A stretch of DNA of 64,000 nt from Mobula hypostoma. Taxonomy: Eukaryota. Position numbers and translations under genes: made by a program. The stretch spans positions 103,914,001 to 103,978,000 of the forward strand of contig NC_086108.1 in NCBI RefSeq assembly GCF_963921235.1. Direction: 5' to 3'. Under the pieces are notes generated by a model, which saw nothing but the letters and a program-made list of their open reading frames with translations, was not told the origin of the DNA and ran no database searches. The number at the start of each line of letters is the position of its first letter. Positions within the stretch are counted from its first letter, which is position 1. Shown here in pieces: positions 13,419 through 25,150 of this stretch.

Positions 13419-14150
13419 GTAACAAAGAATTGAGTCCTTCTAATAATACCAAACATTAGTCATCAGAATCAGTCAGGTTTAATATTACTGACGTATGTCA
13501 TAAAATTGTTGTTTTGTGCAATCCATAAAAAAATTGTGAATTTATTAAGAATTATGTATAAAATAATTAAATAAGTAGTGCCGAAAGAGAGGTAATATTC
13601 ATGGGGTGGTTCATTGTCCATTCAGAAATCTGATGGTGGAGGGGAAGAAGCTGTTCCTAAAACACTGAGTGTGAGTCTTCAGGCTCCTGTACCTCCTCCC
13701 TAATGGTTGCTGTGAGACGAGGGCTCGAACTGGGCGATGGGGGTCCTTAATGATGGACGCCACCTTTTTGAGGCATTGGTCCTTGAAGATGTCCTGGATG
13801 CTAGTGCCCACGGTGGAGCTGGCTGGTGCTTTGATCCTGTGCTGTGTCCCTACCCCCTGATGCTACCAGTCAGAATGCTCTCCATGGTACACTTGTAGAA
13901 ACTTTGCTAGAGTCTTCGGTGACATACCAGACCTTGTAAACCTCATAGAGTAGCACAACAGAGAGCCAGGCCCTTGACCCAACTTGCCCAGGCCAACCAA
14001 GATTTCAGAATGGTCTACGAACACAACCACGCTGCTTTGCTCTCTTTTTGCACTATTTGTTTGTTTTTATTCCTTATTGTAACCTCTATAATTTTTTAAA
14101 TTGTATATTGTACTCTACCGCTGCCACAAAACAACACTTTTCATGGCATA

Positions 14151-14430
14151 CGTGGCGCAGCAGTTAACCCTACGCCTCCACAGCCTGGAGCGTCGGAGTT
14201 TGGAATTCAGCACTGGCATCCTCTGTAGGTGAGATTGTACCTTCCTGTGCGTGTGTGGGTTTCCCCTGGTTTCCTCCCACACTCCAAAGGCATTCTGGTT
14301 ATAGGTTCATTATTCATTGTAAATTGTCCTGCGATTAGGCTAGGGGTTAAATTGGTTGCCGGGCAGTGTGGCTCATTGACCAGGAAGGGCCTGGTCTGTG
14401 CTGTGTCTCTAGATAAAATTATAAAAATAA
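14151..14430 (+). mobile_element. HE1/V-SINE-like SINE
   Basis: tRNA-like head, core GGGTTTCC...GGTTTCCTCCCACACTCCAAAG and an A-rich tail. Related copies lie near 7160-7440(-), 14850-15110(-), 30015-30180(+), 30515-30750(-), 37176-37431(+), 37575-37890(+) and 55740-56010(-). Confidence 0.7.
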
Positions 14431-15223
14431 TAAACCCACTTCTGATTCTAATGCCCATCTAAGCTAATCGCGTTTTCCTGTGTTTAACCCATATCTCCCC
14501 AAACATTTCCTATCTATCTACAGGTCCAAGTATCTTTTAAACATTATTATAAGACCTGCCTCAACTACTTCCTCTGGCAGCTCAGTCCATAAACACACCA
14601 CCCTCTGTGTGAAGAAGTTGCCCCTCAAGTCCCTATTAAATCTTTCCCCTCTCACCTAAAACCCCAGCCTCTTAGCTCTTATTCCCCAACCCTGGGAGAA
14701 AGACTGCGTGCATTCACCTTCTCTCTGTCCCCTCGTGATTATATACGCCTCTGCTCTCCAAAGAATAAAATCTATGCCTGCCGAACATCTCTCCATAACC
14801 AGACCTTTGAGTTCTACCAACATTCTTCTAAGTCTTAAAAGATTTTAAAGATGAGGTTTATTTGTCATGTGTATATCGAAACATTGTATGTGCTGGGGAC
14901 TGTCTTGCAAGTCTGGCACCAATGTAGCAAGCCCACACCTGACTAACTCTCACTGACCCATACGTCTTTGAAATGAGGGAGGAAGGCGGAGCACCTGGAG
15001 AAAACTTGTGTGGTCACAGGAGAGTGGACAATCTCCTTACAGACAGTGGCAGAAACTAAAACCTGATTGGTGCTGCTGTAACAGCGTTATGCCAATGGCT
15101 ACGCCACTGTGCCGCCTTTCTGCACTCTTTCCAGCTTATTGGCACGTTTCCTATAGCAGGGTGACCAAAACACGAGTCGATGGGGGGGGTGGGATAATAA
15201 AGAGTGCATTCTTCTGTCCACAG

Positions 15224-15372
15224 GGACGGTTAAGGGCAAGTTTGCGGAAATGGAAAAGATAAGGCAAGAGGAGGAGAAGAAGAGAATGGAAGAAGAGCGG
15301 AAGAGAAGAATTCAGCAGGACATCCTGGAGAAAAGGAAGCTACAACGTGAACTTGCAAAGAAGGGTGCAGAG
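15224..15372 (+). CDS. NEXN: Nexilin coding exon C (149 nt, phase 1-0)
   Basis: ccacag acceptor and gtactg donor. Encodes (G)[49 protein letters not shown]; the phase matches exon B. Confidence 0.96.
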
Positions 15373-16843
15373 GTACTGAGATGGTTCTCTATTGGTGCGT
15401 TTGGAAACCGAGGAATCCTGGCCTGGAGATTAGACCATAAAACATAGGAGCAAAATTAGGCTATTTGGCCAATTAAATCTACTCCATGTTTGATTATGGC
15501 TGATTTATTATCCCCCTCAACCCCATTTTCCTGCTTTCTCCCCATTACTTGCAAATCATGTCAAGTTTATTTATCTCAAATATAATGAGATCAAGGTACA
15601 ATTAGAAATTTGTTTGCAACAGTAACACAGTTGCAAGGGTTCAAACAATACACAAAATGTAAATATACATGAATTATAGCAACGAAAGTCTGTCTCAAAC
15701 AAGATATTAGTGCAGAAACACAACCATGGCCCACGGTCAGGCAACAGGTAGTTCACAGTGTTCCATTAGGGTTGTATAGGTCAGTTCAGGAACCCGATGG
15801 TTGTAAGGAAGTAGCTGTTCCTGAACTTGGTGGTGTGAGACTTCAGTATCCCCTGTAGATGCAGCCACTGGTGCGGAGGACTGTTCCTGTGTTGAACTGC
15901 GTTGTGTCCACTACTCTCTGCAGCCTTGGTATTTTCTGTTCAAGATGTTAGAAAATATAAAATATTTGCCTCGATTTGAAGAATGAAGGCTGGGACCAGG
16001 AGGAGGCTCCCTAACCCTTCACAAGACCATCCCGCCATTCCATGGGATCACAATCTTCCTCCATTTTCCCCAAATCCCTCATTGTATTTTGATCCACAGA
16101 AGCAAATGTATTGGGGAGATTTAAGAGATTCTTAGACACATGGATGAGAAAAATGAAGGGCTATGCAGGAGGAAAGGGTTAGGTTAATCTGGGAGTAGGT
16201 TGAAAGGTCAGCACAACAGAATGGGCTGTACTGTTCTATAAACAGTGAGAATGGTTCCTATGGAGGCAAAGAAAAGAAATAGTGACTGAGCTTTTAGAAG
16301 AGAGGCATTTCTATTGTAGAAATGTACTCTCAGTGGCCACTTTATTAGGTATAGAAATTACCCAATAAAGTGACAAATGAGTATGTGTTCATGGTCTACT
16401 GCTGTAGCTGATCCACTTCAAGGTTCAATGTGTTGTGCATTCAGGGATGCCTTTCTGCACACCACAGTTGTAATGTGTGGTTATTTGAGTTACTGTCACC
16501 TCCCTGTCAGCTTGAACCAGTCTGGCCTTTCTTTTCTTTCTTTCTCTGTCTCTCTGTCTCTCCGTCTCTCTGTCTAATGTGGCATTTTTTTCCTAAAGAA
16601 CTGCCACTGACTGGATGTTTTATGTTTTTTTGCACCATTCTCTGTAAACCCTAGAGACTGTTGTGCATTCCAGAAGATCAGTAGTCTCGGAGATGCTCAA
16701 ACCACCCCATCTAGCACCAGCAACCATTCCACTGTCAGTCACATTTCTTTCAAAGTCAAAGTTTGATCAGAACAACAACTGAACCTCTTGACCATGTCTG
16801 CATGCTTTTATGTATTGAGTTGCTGCCAAATGATCGACCCATT

Positions 16844-17195
16844 CTTTCTCTCTCTTGTTTCTCCCTCCGTCCCTCTCACTATAACTCCTTGCCCATCCTC
16901 TGGGCTCACCTCCCCCTTTCTTTCTCCCTAGGTCTCCCGTCCCACAATGATCCTTTCCCTTCTCCAGCCTTGTATCCCTTTTGCCAATCACCTGTCCAGC
17001 TCTTGGCTCCATCCCTCCCCCTCCTGTCTTCTATCATTTCGGATCTCCCCCTCCCTCCCCCACTTTCAAATCTCTTACTATCTCTTCTTTCAGTTAGTCC
17101 TGACGAAGGGTCTCAGCCCGAAACGTCGACTGTACCTCTTCCTATAGATGCTGCCTGGCCTGCTGCGTTCCACCAGCATTTTGTGTGTGTTGCTT
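16844..17195 (+). mobile_element. Short Penelope-derived insertion (3' UTR and terminal repeat only)
   Basis: Closely similar to 26845-27190 and flanked by a perfect 8-bp direct repeat GACCCATT (16836-43, 17196-203). Confidence 0.88.
17096..17131 (+). ncRNA. Minimal type I hammerhead ribozyme motif, core intact
   Basis: AGTC-CTGACGA-A-GGGT(CTCA)GCCC-GAAA-CG-TC-GACT gives stem I AGTC/GACT, the CUGANGA box, stem II, the GAAA box, palindromic ACGT in place of stem III and a GUC triplet. Predicted cut is after 17127. Confidence 0.8.
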
Positions 17196-17541
17196 GACCC
17201 ATTAGATATGCACATTATCGAGCAGGTGTACCTAATAAAGTGGCCAATGAGTGTATGTTAGTGATAATCCTGATTCTGAGGATGTTTTAAAGTGCTTTTC
17301 AGCCATTGGCTGCTGTATTCCTCACACTGAATGAAGGGTGTGTGAGACAAGCTTTTCAATGTATCTCCGTTTTCACTTGTGGTCACTGTTGTAGTGTATG
17401 GTATACCACAGCAAGAACAAGCTCCCGCAAGTAGCAATGTGCTTTGAGAAGGCAGATGTGGATTATGTTGCTCTCCCAGTGTGACCGTTGTATTTTTGTT
17501 TGGTAATGTTGATTGAGATACCTTAGTATTTGCCAGGACCC

Positions 17542-20051
17542 ATTCCTATACAGAGTGTTAGGAAGATTCGGCTTTCAAGAAAGGTTTATTAAAGTAATTC
17601 AGACTCTGTATGACAGCACAACAGCCCGAATTAAGATAAATGGGGACCTCTCTGACTCCTTCATTTTAGAGAGAGGCACTAGACAGGGATGCCCAATTTC
17701 TCCTCTCCTTTTTGTGCTATCTATTGAACCACTTGCCCAACTAATAAGACAGAGCGAAATCGTAAAAGGTATCAAGGTGGCAGGGATTGAACAGAAAGTG
17801 GCGTTATTCGCAGATGATGTTTTGGTCTATCTGAGTGAACCAGAAAAATCATTTATAGGATTGTTTACACTGTTGGATGACTTTGGGAAAATATCAGGTT
17901 ATAAAATAAATGTAAAGAAAACACAGGTTATGTCCCTAAATTATACACCATCCAAAAAATTGCAGGATACGTACGATCTTAAGTGGGAAGCTAAATCATT
18001 AAAATATTTAGGAATAACCCTGCCGAAGGATCTTTCAACACTGTCACAGGTAAATTATGGGCCATTAATCTCAGAGATAAAAGCAGATATGCATAGATGG
18101 AATCTTATCCCCTTTTTAAGTTTAAATTCAAGGATAAATACTATAAAAATGAATATTCTTCCTCGGTTATTATATCTTTTCCATACTTTACCAGTGGAGG
18201 TGGATGATAATCAATTCAGGGAATGGGACAAATGGATTTCCCGCTTCATTTGGCAAGGAAGGAAACCTAGAATTCGATATAACACCTTACAGTTAGGGAA
18301 GGAAAGAGGAGGTATGGTTCTTCCTTGCCTGAGAAATTATTTTTATGCCTCACAGATAACCCCTCTGTTATATTGGTGTAATAGGGAATATAAGGCTAGA
18401 TGGAAGGAAATATAATTTGGATTAGTTGACAGTTTTCCTCTTCAGGCCTCAATAGCTGACAAAGGATTGATGGCCCAGTTGGAAAAATTTAATAATGCTT
18501 GGATAAATCTTACATTAAAAGTATGGCAGAAGGTGGTTAATTCATGTGAAATTAATAACATGCTAAAACTCTTTAGATGGTGTGCATATGATACCGAATT
18601 CCTTCCCAACAGAGGAGATAAAAGATTTGAGCTATGGATAAAGAAAGGTCTTACAACCTACCTCTCATTTATAGATAAAAGAGTATTACAAAGTTTCCAA
18701 ATCCTGCAGGACAAACATGGCCTAGAACATAATGACTTTTTTAGGTACCTTCAAATACGAAACTATGTTAACCAGAGTTGTAGATATACAGACCTATCAA
18801 CAGTAGAATTAGAATTTTTCAAGATTCTGAATTCGGCTTGCAGTTCAATACCTAGTAAATCAGTTTCTCGCCTATATAATGCACTCTCCCATGCTAAAAA
18901 TGTAAATACACTGTATATTAAAGAGAAGTGGGAGAAAGAAGCGGGGTTGGTACTTTCAGAGGAGGCTTGGGGGAAAATCTGCAGCTTTCAATGGTCCTCG
19001 ACTAATTCTTTGACTTGGAGAGAACATTGTTGGAAAAACATAAGATACTTCAAGACCCCATATCAGGAAAAATATAAAGATACAAATATGATGTGTTGGA
19101 GAAGGTGCGGCTCCAAGGAGGCAAATCATTTTCATATTTTCTGGGATTGCCCTAAATTAAGTCTATTTTGGGAAGGTATTCATAGAACATTAGTTAAGGT
19201 ACTTAGGTCCCAGATACCTCTGAACTTTGAGACGCTCTATTTGGGGCATGTATTGTTCCTTGAACAGAAGGAAGATATAAAGTTGCTGCAGGCCCTCTTA
19301 GCGGCAAGTAAGAAATCAATCACTAGAAAATGGCTAAATCCAATACCACCTACATTAGAAGATTGGTACGAAATTATCTTGGAAATATTTAAAATGGAAA
19401 AGTTGACCTACTCCCTGAGAACTCAAAAAGAAACATTTTATCAAATCTGGAATAAATGGATTGAATATATAACCCCAATGCGAGCAGACTTTAGATGACT
19501 CTCCTAATGATTTATATTGCTCTTCTCATCAACACAGTAATATTGCTAACGTAAGCACCCCTAGTCTAAATGTTTGTTGTTTTTTTTTGGAAAATAGAGA
19601 ATTATCACAAGTAAAGGGAAAGATTTGGGAAAGGGATAAAAAAAAATGAAAAAATTAAGTAAATAAGTACATAGGGATTGGATAATTATGTCTGCGGGCA
19701 GGAACAAGCACGAACAAATTGGGATATAAACACCTACAATGGTTGGTATATAGGCTTGTATGCAACATTTTGGACCAGTGGAAATGGTCCAGAAGGGTTG
19801 TATGGAAACTATTATTACCATTTTTCTTAACAACTAATTTCATTACTTAGCCTAATAGGTTAGATTTACCACAGTACATAATTATCTATTTAAATGTTTA
19901 TTTTGCTTTTATATCATCTCAATGTGTACTTAAGAATGTATAAATAATTGTAGTTTTATACATATAAAAAAATGGAAAAGGTTATATGTGTGAAAAAAGT
20001 GCATGATAATTGTGAACTCCTTATCCAAATAAAAATAAAATTTAAAAAAAA
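17542..20051 (+). mobile_element. 5'-truncated L1-clade LINE (ORF2 RT C-terminal half, CCHC motif, 3' UTR, poly-A)
   Basis: Motifs [24 protein letters not shown] and CWRRCGSKEANHFHIFWDC are present. The two ORFs (17513, 18467) share a frame and are separated by one TAA at 18413-15. AATAAA and an A-tail lie at 20028-20051. The TSD is AGTAT(T/C)TGCCAGGACCC at 17525-41 and 20052-68. Confidence 0.95.
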
Positions 20052-20104
20052 AGTATCTGCCAGGACCCTGTGAGAATGTTCCTGTGCTCCTCCATCATAG
20101 TGCC

Positions 20105-21513
20105 AATGGATAGGTGGAGGGGTAGGTAGTGCTAAGGAAGCAATGCAATTGCAGCAGAACTTAGACAAATTGGAAGACTGGGCAAAAAATTGGCAGATGG
20201 AATACAGTGTTGAGAAATGTACGATACAGCATTTTGGTAAAAAGAACAATAGTGTGGACTATTATTTGAATGGGGAGAAGGCTCAAACCTCAGAGGTGCT
20301 GAGGGACTTGGGAGTCCTTGTGCAAGACTCCCAGAAGGTTGATTTACAGGTTGAGTCTGTGGTATAGAAGGCAAATGCAATGTTGGCATTTATTTCAAGG
20401 GGAATAGAATATAAAAACAAGGAGGCTTTATAAGACACTAGTCAGGCCACACTTGGAGTATTGTCAACAGTTTTCAGAATCAGGTTTATTATCACCGGCA
20501 TGTGTCGTGAAATTTGTTAACTTAGCAGCAGCAGTTCAATGCAATACATAATATAGAAGAAAATAATAATAGTAAGTAAATCAATTACAGTATACATATA
20601 TTGAATAGATTAAAAATTGTGCAAAAAAACAAATAATATATATTTAAAAAGTGAAGTAGTGTTCAAGGGTTCAATGTCAATTTAGGAATTGGATGGCAGA
20701 GGGGAAGAAGCTGTTCCTGAATAGCTGAGTGTGTGCCTTCAGGCTTCTCTATCTCCTACCTGATGGTAACAGTGAGAAAAGGGCATGCCCTGGGTGCTGG
20801 AGGTCCTTAATAATGGACACTGCCTTTCTGAGACACTGCTCTCTGAAGATGTCCTGGGTACTTTGTAGGCTAGTGCCCAAGATGGAGCTGACCAAATTTA
20901 CAACCCCCTGCAGCTTCTTTCGGTCCTGTGCAGTAGCTTCTCCATACCAGACAGTGATGCAGCCTGTCAGAAAGCTCCCCACGGTACGTTTTGGGCCCCT
21001 TCTCTCAAAGGATGTGTTGTCATTGGAGAGAATCCAGAAGAGGTTCATGAGGATGATTTCAGGAATGAAGTGGTTAACATATGAGGGGCGTTTGGCAGCT
21101 TTGGGCCTGTATGCATTGGAATTTAGAAGAATGCAGGGGGATCTCATTGAAACCTACCAAATGTTGAAAGAAGATAGGGTGGATGGGGAGAGGATGTTTC
21201 CTTTGGTGGGGGTATCAGAACTAGAGGGCACAGCCTCAAAATTGAGGGGCAACCTTTTAGATCAGAGATAAGGAAGAATTTTTTCAGTCATAGAATAGTG
21301 AATCTGTGGAATGCTCTCTCACAGTCTGGTGGAGGCCAAGTCCATGAATATATTTAAGGTGGAAGTTGATTGTTTCCTGATCGGTCAGAGCATCAAAGGA
21401 TATGGCAAAAATGCAGGTGTAAGGTGTTGAATGGGATGCGGGATCAGCCATGATGGAATGGCAGAGCAGACTCGATGGGCTGAATGGCCTAATTCTGCTC
21501 CTATGTCTTATGG
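20105..21513 (+). mobile_element. CR1-type LINE 3' fragment, split by an antisense Rex1/Babar-type fragment (about 20476-20987)
   Basis: LQQNLDKLEDWAKNWQMEY...DLGVLV and LERIQKRFMRMISGM...RRMQGDLIETY flank the insert. GTTTT is repeated at both junctions. Confidence 0.8.
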
Positions 21514-21590
21514 ATCATTTTTAAAGTTGGCTTGAGAGAGCAAATGAGCTTTGGTTTCATGTCACCCCTAACATTCTCTATTTATCTCAG

Positions 21591-21641
21591 GAGGATGTCA
21601 GTCACAATTTCTATCAGATTTCAAGTTCAAAAAAGTCCAGA
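21591..21641 (+). CDS. NEXN: Candidate small NEXN exon (51 nt, phase 0-0, EDVSHNFYQISSSKKSR), uncertain
   Basis: CTAAC branch-like site, pyrimidine tract and CAG acceptor, an open frame and a gtaaat donor. It sits where the short mammalian IEDINNTG exon is expected, but similarity is weak and the donor lies in a LINE tail. Confidence 0.25.
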
Positions 21642-23512
21642 GTAAATTTATCATCAAAGTACATATATGTCACCATATACAATCCTGAGATTTATTTTCT
21701 TGCAGGCATTCACGATAAATACAAAGAAACACAATAGAACCAATAAAAACCATACACAAGACAGACAGACAGATGATGTGCAAAAGGCAACAAATAGTGC
21801 AAAATAAAAAAAGAAACAAAATAATAATAATATATAAATAAGCAATAAATGTAAAGAACATGGATGAAGAGTCCTTGAAATGGAGTCTATAGTTTGTGGA
21901 AACAGTTCAGTGCTGGAGTGAGTGAAGATGGGTGAAGTTATTTTCTCTGATTCGAGAGCCTGATGGTTGAAGGGTAATGACTGTTACTGAACCTGGTGCT
22001 GAGGCTTCTGAGGCTCCTGTACCACCTTCCTGATGGCAGCAGTAAGAAGAGAGCAAGGCTTAGATGGTGGGGGTCCTTGATGATGGATGCTGCTTTCCTG
22101 TTCAAAAGCAAAGAGCCTACCAGTCAAGCCATAGATGCTATTTGAAGTGAAAGACCTCCATTTTACAAAAGGATAGACCTTCCTATTTTGAAAACTAACT
22201 CTTGACTTCCAGCAAGCCTGGCTGGTATTTGTGTCAACATCGCTCACCTGGTCCAGTCTCATTTGCTTCCAATAATCTTTATTTTTGAGCAACAACCCAA
22301 CGTTTCTTTTAGTGGAATCTGCAATATTTATAATGCTTTGATGAATTTTGTTTCTTGGTCATTATCCCAAGTGAAGCGGTCACTATTTACCTCACTGACC
22401 TCTATCCTCTTTCCCAATGGTCTTCTGATGACAGGAACCCCAGTTCTGACACTGTTTTTCACAATTGTAATTGGTATTACTTTAATATTGTAACATGTAC
22501 CGAACAGCAGTGAAACACTTGCCTTGCATACTGTTCATGCAGATCAGATCATTCCACAGTGCATTGAGGCAGAACAAGGTAAAAGAAGAACAATGCAGAA
22601 TAAAGTGTAAAAGCTACTGGGAAAAAATGTCCGTAAGCAATAAAGTGCAAGGTCATAATGGGGTAGATTGTGAGGTTGAGTCCATCTTATTGTACAACAG
22701 GACTTTCCAAGAATCTGATAACAGTGGGGATAGAAGCTATCCTTTGAGCCTGGTGGTATGTACTTTTAGGCTTTTGTATCTTCTGCCTGATGGGAGAGTG
22801 AAGAAGGGAGAATGTCTGGAGATGGTGGGGTCTTTACCTATGCTGGCTGCTTTACTAAGGTAGCAAGAAGTGTAGACATAGAGAGGGAGGTTGGTTTCTG
22901 TCATGTGCTGAGCTGTCTCCAACAACTCACTGCAGTTTCTTGTGGTCCCATGCAGAGCAGTTGCCATACCAAGCTGTTGAACATCCAGACAGAATGGTGC
23001 ATAGATAAAAATTGGTGAGAGTTGATGGGAAGTGCCAAATTTCTGTAGCTTTCTGAGGAAGCAGAGGCATTGGTGAGCTTTCTTGGTGAACCCATGGAAT
23101 ATCTAGAGTGTGCATTTACTTCTCCTTCTCCATCCATATTTCAGTAAAGCATCTGAAACTATGCACAACTTTCCACTTGTATAAATTCTGAGTAGGTTTC
23201 AGTGCAGTGAAATGGAGTGAATCCCTTTGTACAAGTAGAAGCGTTGGCCACTTTGGCAAAATTCCAAGAAATAGACGAAAGATCATCTGCTATATATATT
23301 TTTTAAAAATAGTTGTTGCTGTCAAGACCATAAGACATCTGACAAAGACCTACATGTTCTGCGTAAGATCATAAGACATGGGAGCAGAACTAGGCCTGAA
23401 GCATGGCCTTGTGTGCAGAGCCAAGGTGGCACTTGTCTTCCTCATAAAGGAACAGTATTTTACATGAAGTAGGAAATGTTTATTAAAAGAAAGGGTTTCT
23501 GTTTTGAAACAG

Positions 23513-23710
23513 GAAGATGAAGCTTTTTCCTCAACCATAAATATTTCTGAAGGTGTTAACACAACACCAGGCAAAACCACAATGAACTTTGAGGATCTGG
23601 AGAAGACGGGGGAAGATGATGACCACCAAAACACTGAAGAAGACATGCGAAGATATGAAGAAAACGGACGTTCCTTTCGGCAAGCAAAGCGCCACTCAGC
23701 AGCGCTGTCA
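23513..23710 (+). CDS. NEXN: Nexilin coding exon D (198 nt, phase 0-0)
   Basis: aaacag acceptor and gtaagt donor. Encodes EDEAFSSTINISEGVNTTPGKTTMNFEDLEK...RRYEENGRSFRQAKRHSAALS, aligning to human SGKMKKNFEDLEK...RYEEQRPSLKEAK. Confidence 0.92.
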
Positions 23711-24565
23711 GTAAGTCCACATCTCCATCCCACTCTCAGAATGGCCCAACTTTGTGCACCTTAAATTGTCTCGTCGTGGAACATCGCGATATAATCTAAT
23801 CCAAGGTGGTGTAATAAGTCTTTTGGCTACAGAAGAGAGACTTGACAGGATTTCTACCATTGACTGTGTGTACAAAGTAGCCTGTGTGTCTGTGTTGTTT
23901 CTTGTGAATCATTGTGTGTTGAATATCTTGGAACGCACCTCATCAAGACACCATTCAGAATTTTCTCCCAAGAATAATTCCCAGACAATGGATCGATATT
24001 CGGAGTGCAGTGCATTGACAGCCAATTTCTGTATAGCAAGTAACAGTGAGGTTTTGTCTCCATGCCAGGGATTGGACACTTAGTCAATATTCCTATTCCT
24101 ACTGTCTTTGTGTGTATTTACATCTGTGTTTGCCTGTTGGGGATCAATGTAATATTGAAAGTGCTATTTGTCCATTCCCAGTACCTGGAAAGGAGATAAA
24201 TAGGATGCTCTGTGAAACTCACATCATTTACCTACAGGAGGCAAAGATGCAGGCATTTTTCACTAAGATTGGGTGAGACTAGAACTGGAGGTCATGGGTT
24301 TAGGGTAAAAGGTGAAATATTTAAGGGGAATATGAGGGGGAACTTCTTCAATCAGAGGGTGGTGAGAGTGTGGAATGAGCTGCCAGCAAAAGTGGTGGAT
24401 GTGGGTTTGATTTCAACATTTAAGAGAAATTTAGATAGGCTCATAGGTGGAAGGGCTGGTTGATGAGACGAGACAGAATAACAGTTCAGCGTAGACTAGG
24501 TGAGCCAACAGGCCTGATTCTGTGCTGTAGTGCTCTGACTCCATGAAAAAGAGAAGAGTTTAGAA

Positions 24566-24646
24566 CAGGAGTTTCCAACTATTCTTTATGCCAGGGGTCC
24601 CTTCTGTTATCTGAGAGGTCTGTGGTCGCCAGGTTGGGAACCCCTG
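24566..24646. mobile_element. 81-bp hAT (Charlie-like) MITE
   Basis: Ends are CAGGAGTTTCCAAC and GTTGGGAACCCCTG; the 8-bp flanks are GTTTAGAA and GTTCAGAA. Confidence 0.75.
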
Positions 24647-25150
24647 GTTCAGAAGGGTTTGAAGGGGGAAGCAAGGTAAAAGATGCACATGACTGCAAAA
24701 TATGGACCTTTGGAGACCTCGTGAGAGTTGGCTGGAGGCATTTGGCAGGAAGGAGGGGTGTTGAGTGCAAAGGACGCTGGAGTCTGGAGAGTGAATGGCA
24801 TTGCTGGTAAAGTTGGGGTTGAAGGAGGTTGTCCAGGTGAGGGCAATGAAGCCAAGAAGAGACCTATTTCAAAGATGCGATAAGGCAGCTTCTGCAACCC
24901 TGTCTGGAAATCAGCCATCTTATTTTAGCAGACCATCCACCCCATCTCCAATACGGCACCTCCTCAAATCAAAACCTGAGTGGGAAATGTGCTTCCTCAA
25001 AAAAAAAGATACAGGCCATCTTTTTTTTTTAAGTCTGTTTAAGGGTCGGATTGACAATCCGATCACTTTTTGGGTGGGAAAGTCCCCGAGCCACTGAGAG
25101 GTTCCAGCCATTTTTGTTGTGACGGTGTTTCCTATCAGACTCTAGTGCTC

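Larger units (their letters stand above)
16327..17253 (-). mobile_element. Internally deleted Tc1/mariner element, interrupted by a Penelope terminal-repeat insertion
   Basis: TA flanks at 16325-26 and 17254-55. TIRs are CTCTCAGTGGCCACTTTATTAGGTA and TACCTAATAAAGTGGCCAATGAGTG. The internal sequence is the reverse complement of the 35986-36559 copy. Confidence 0.85.

Noticed and set aside
17513..19498. Two separate genes of 300 and 343 aa
   Set aside because: They are one L1 ORF2 reading frame broken by a single stop codon.
23350..23733. Minus-strand Ser/Leu-rich ORFs over NEXN exons (also 28067-28522, 39751-40044, 43810-44031, 49087-49299)
   Set aside because: These are antisense shadows of Glu/Arg/Lys-rich codons, with no independent evidence of a gene.
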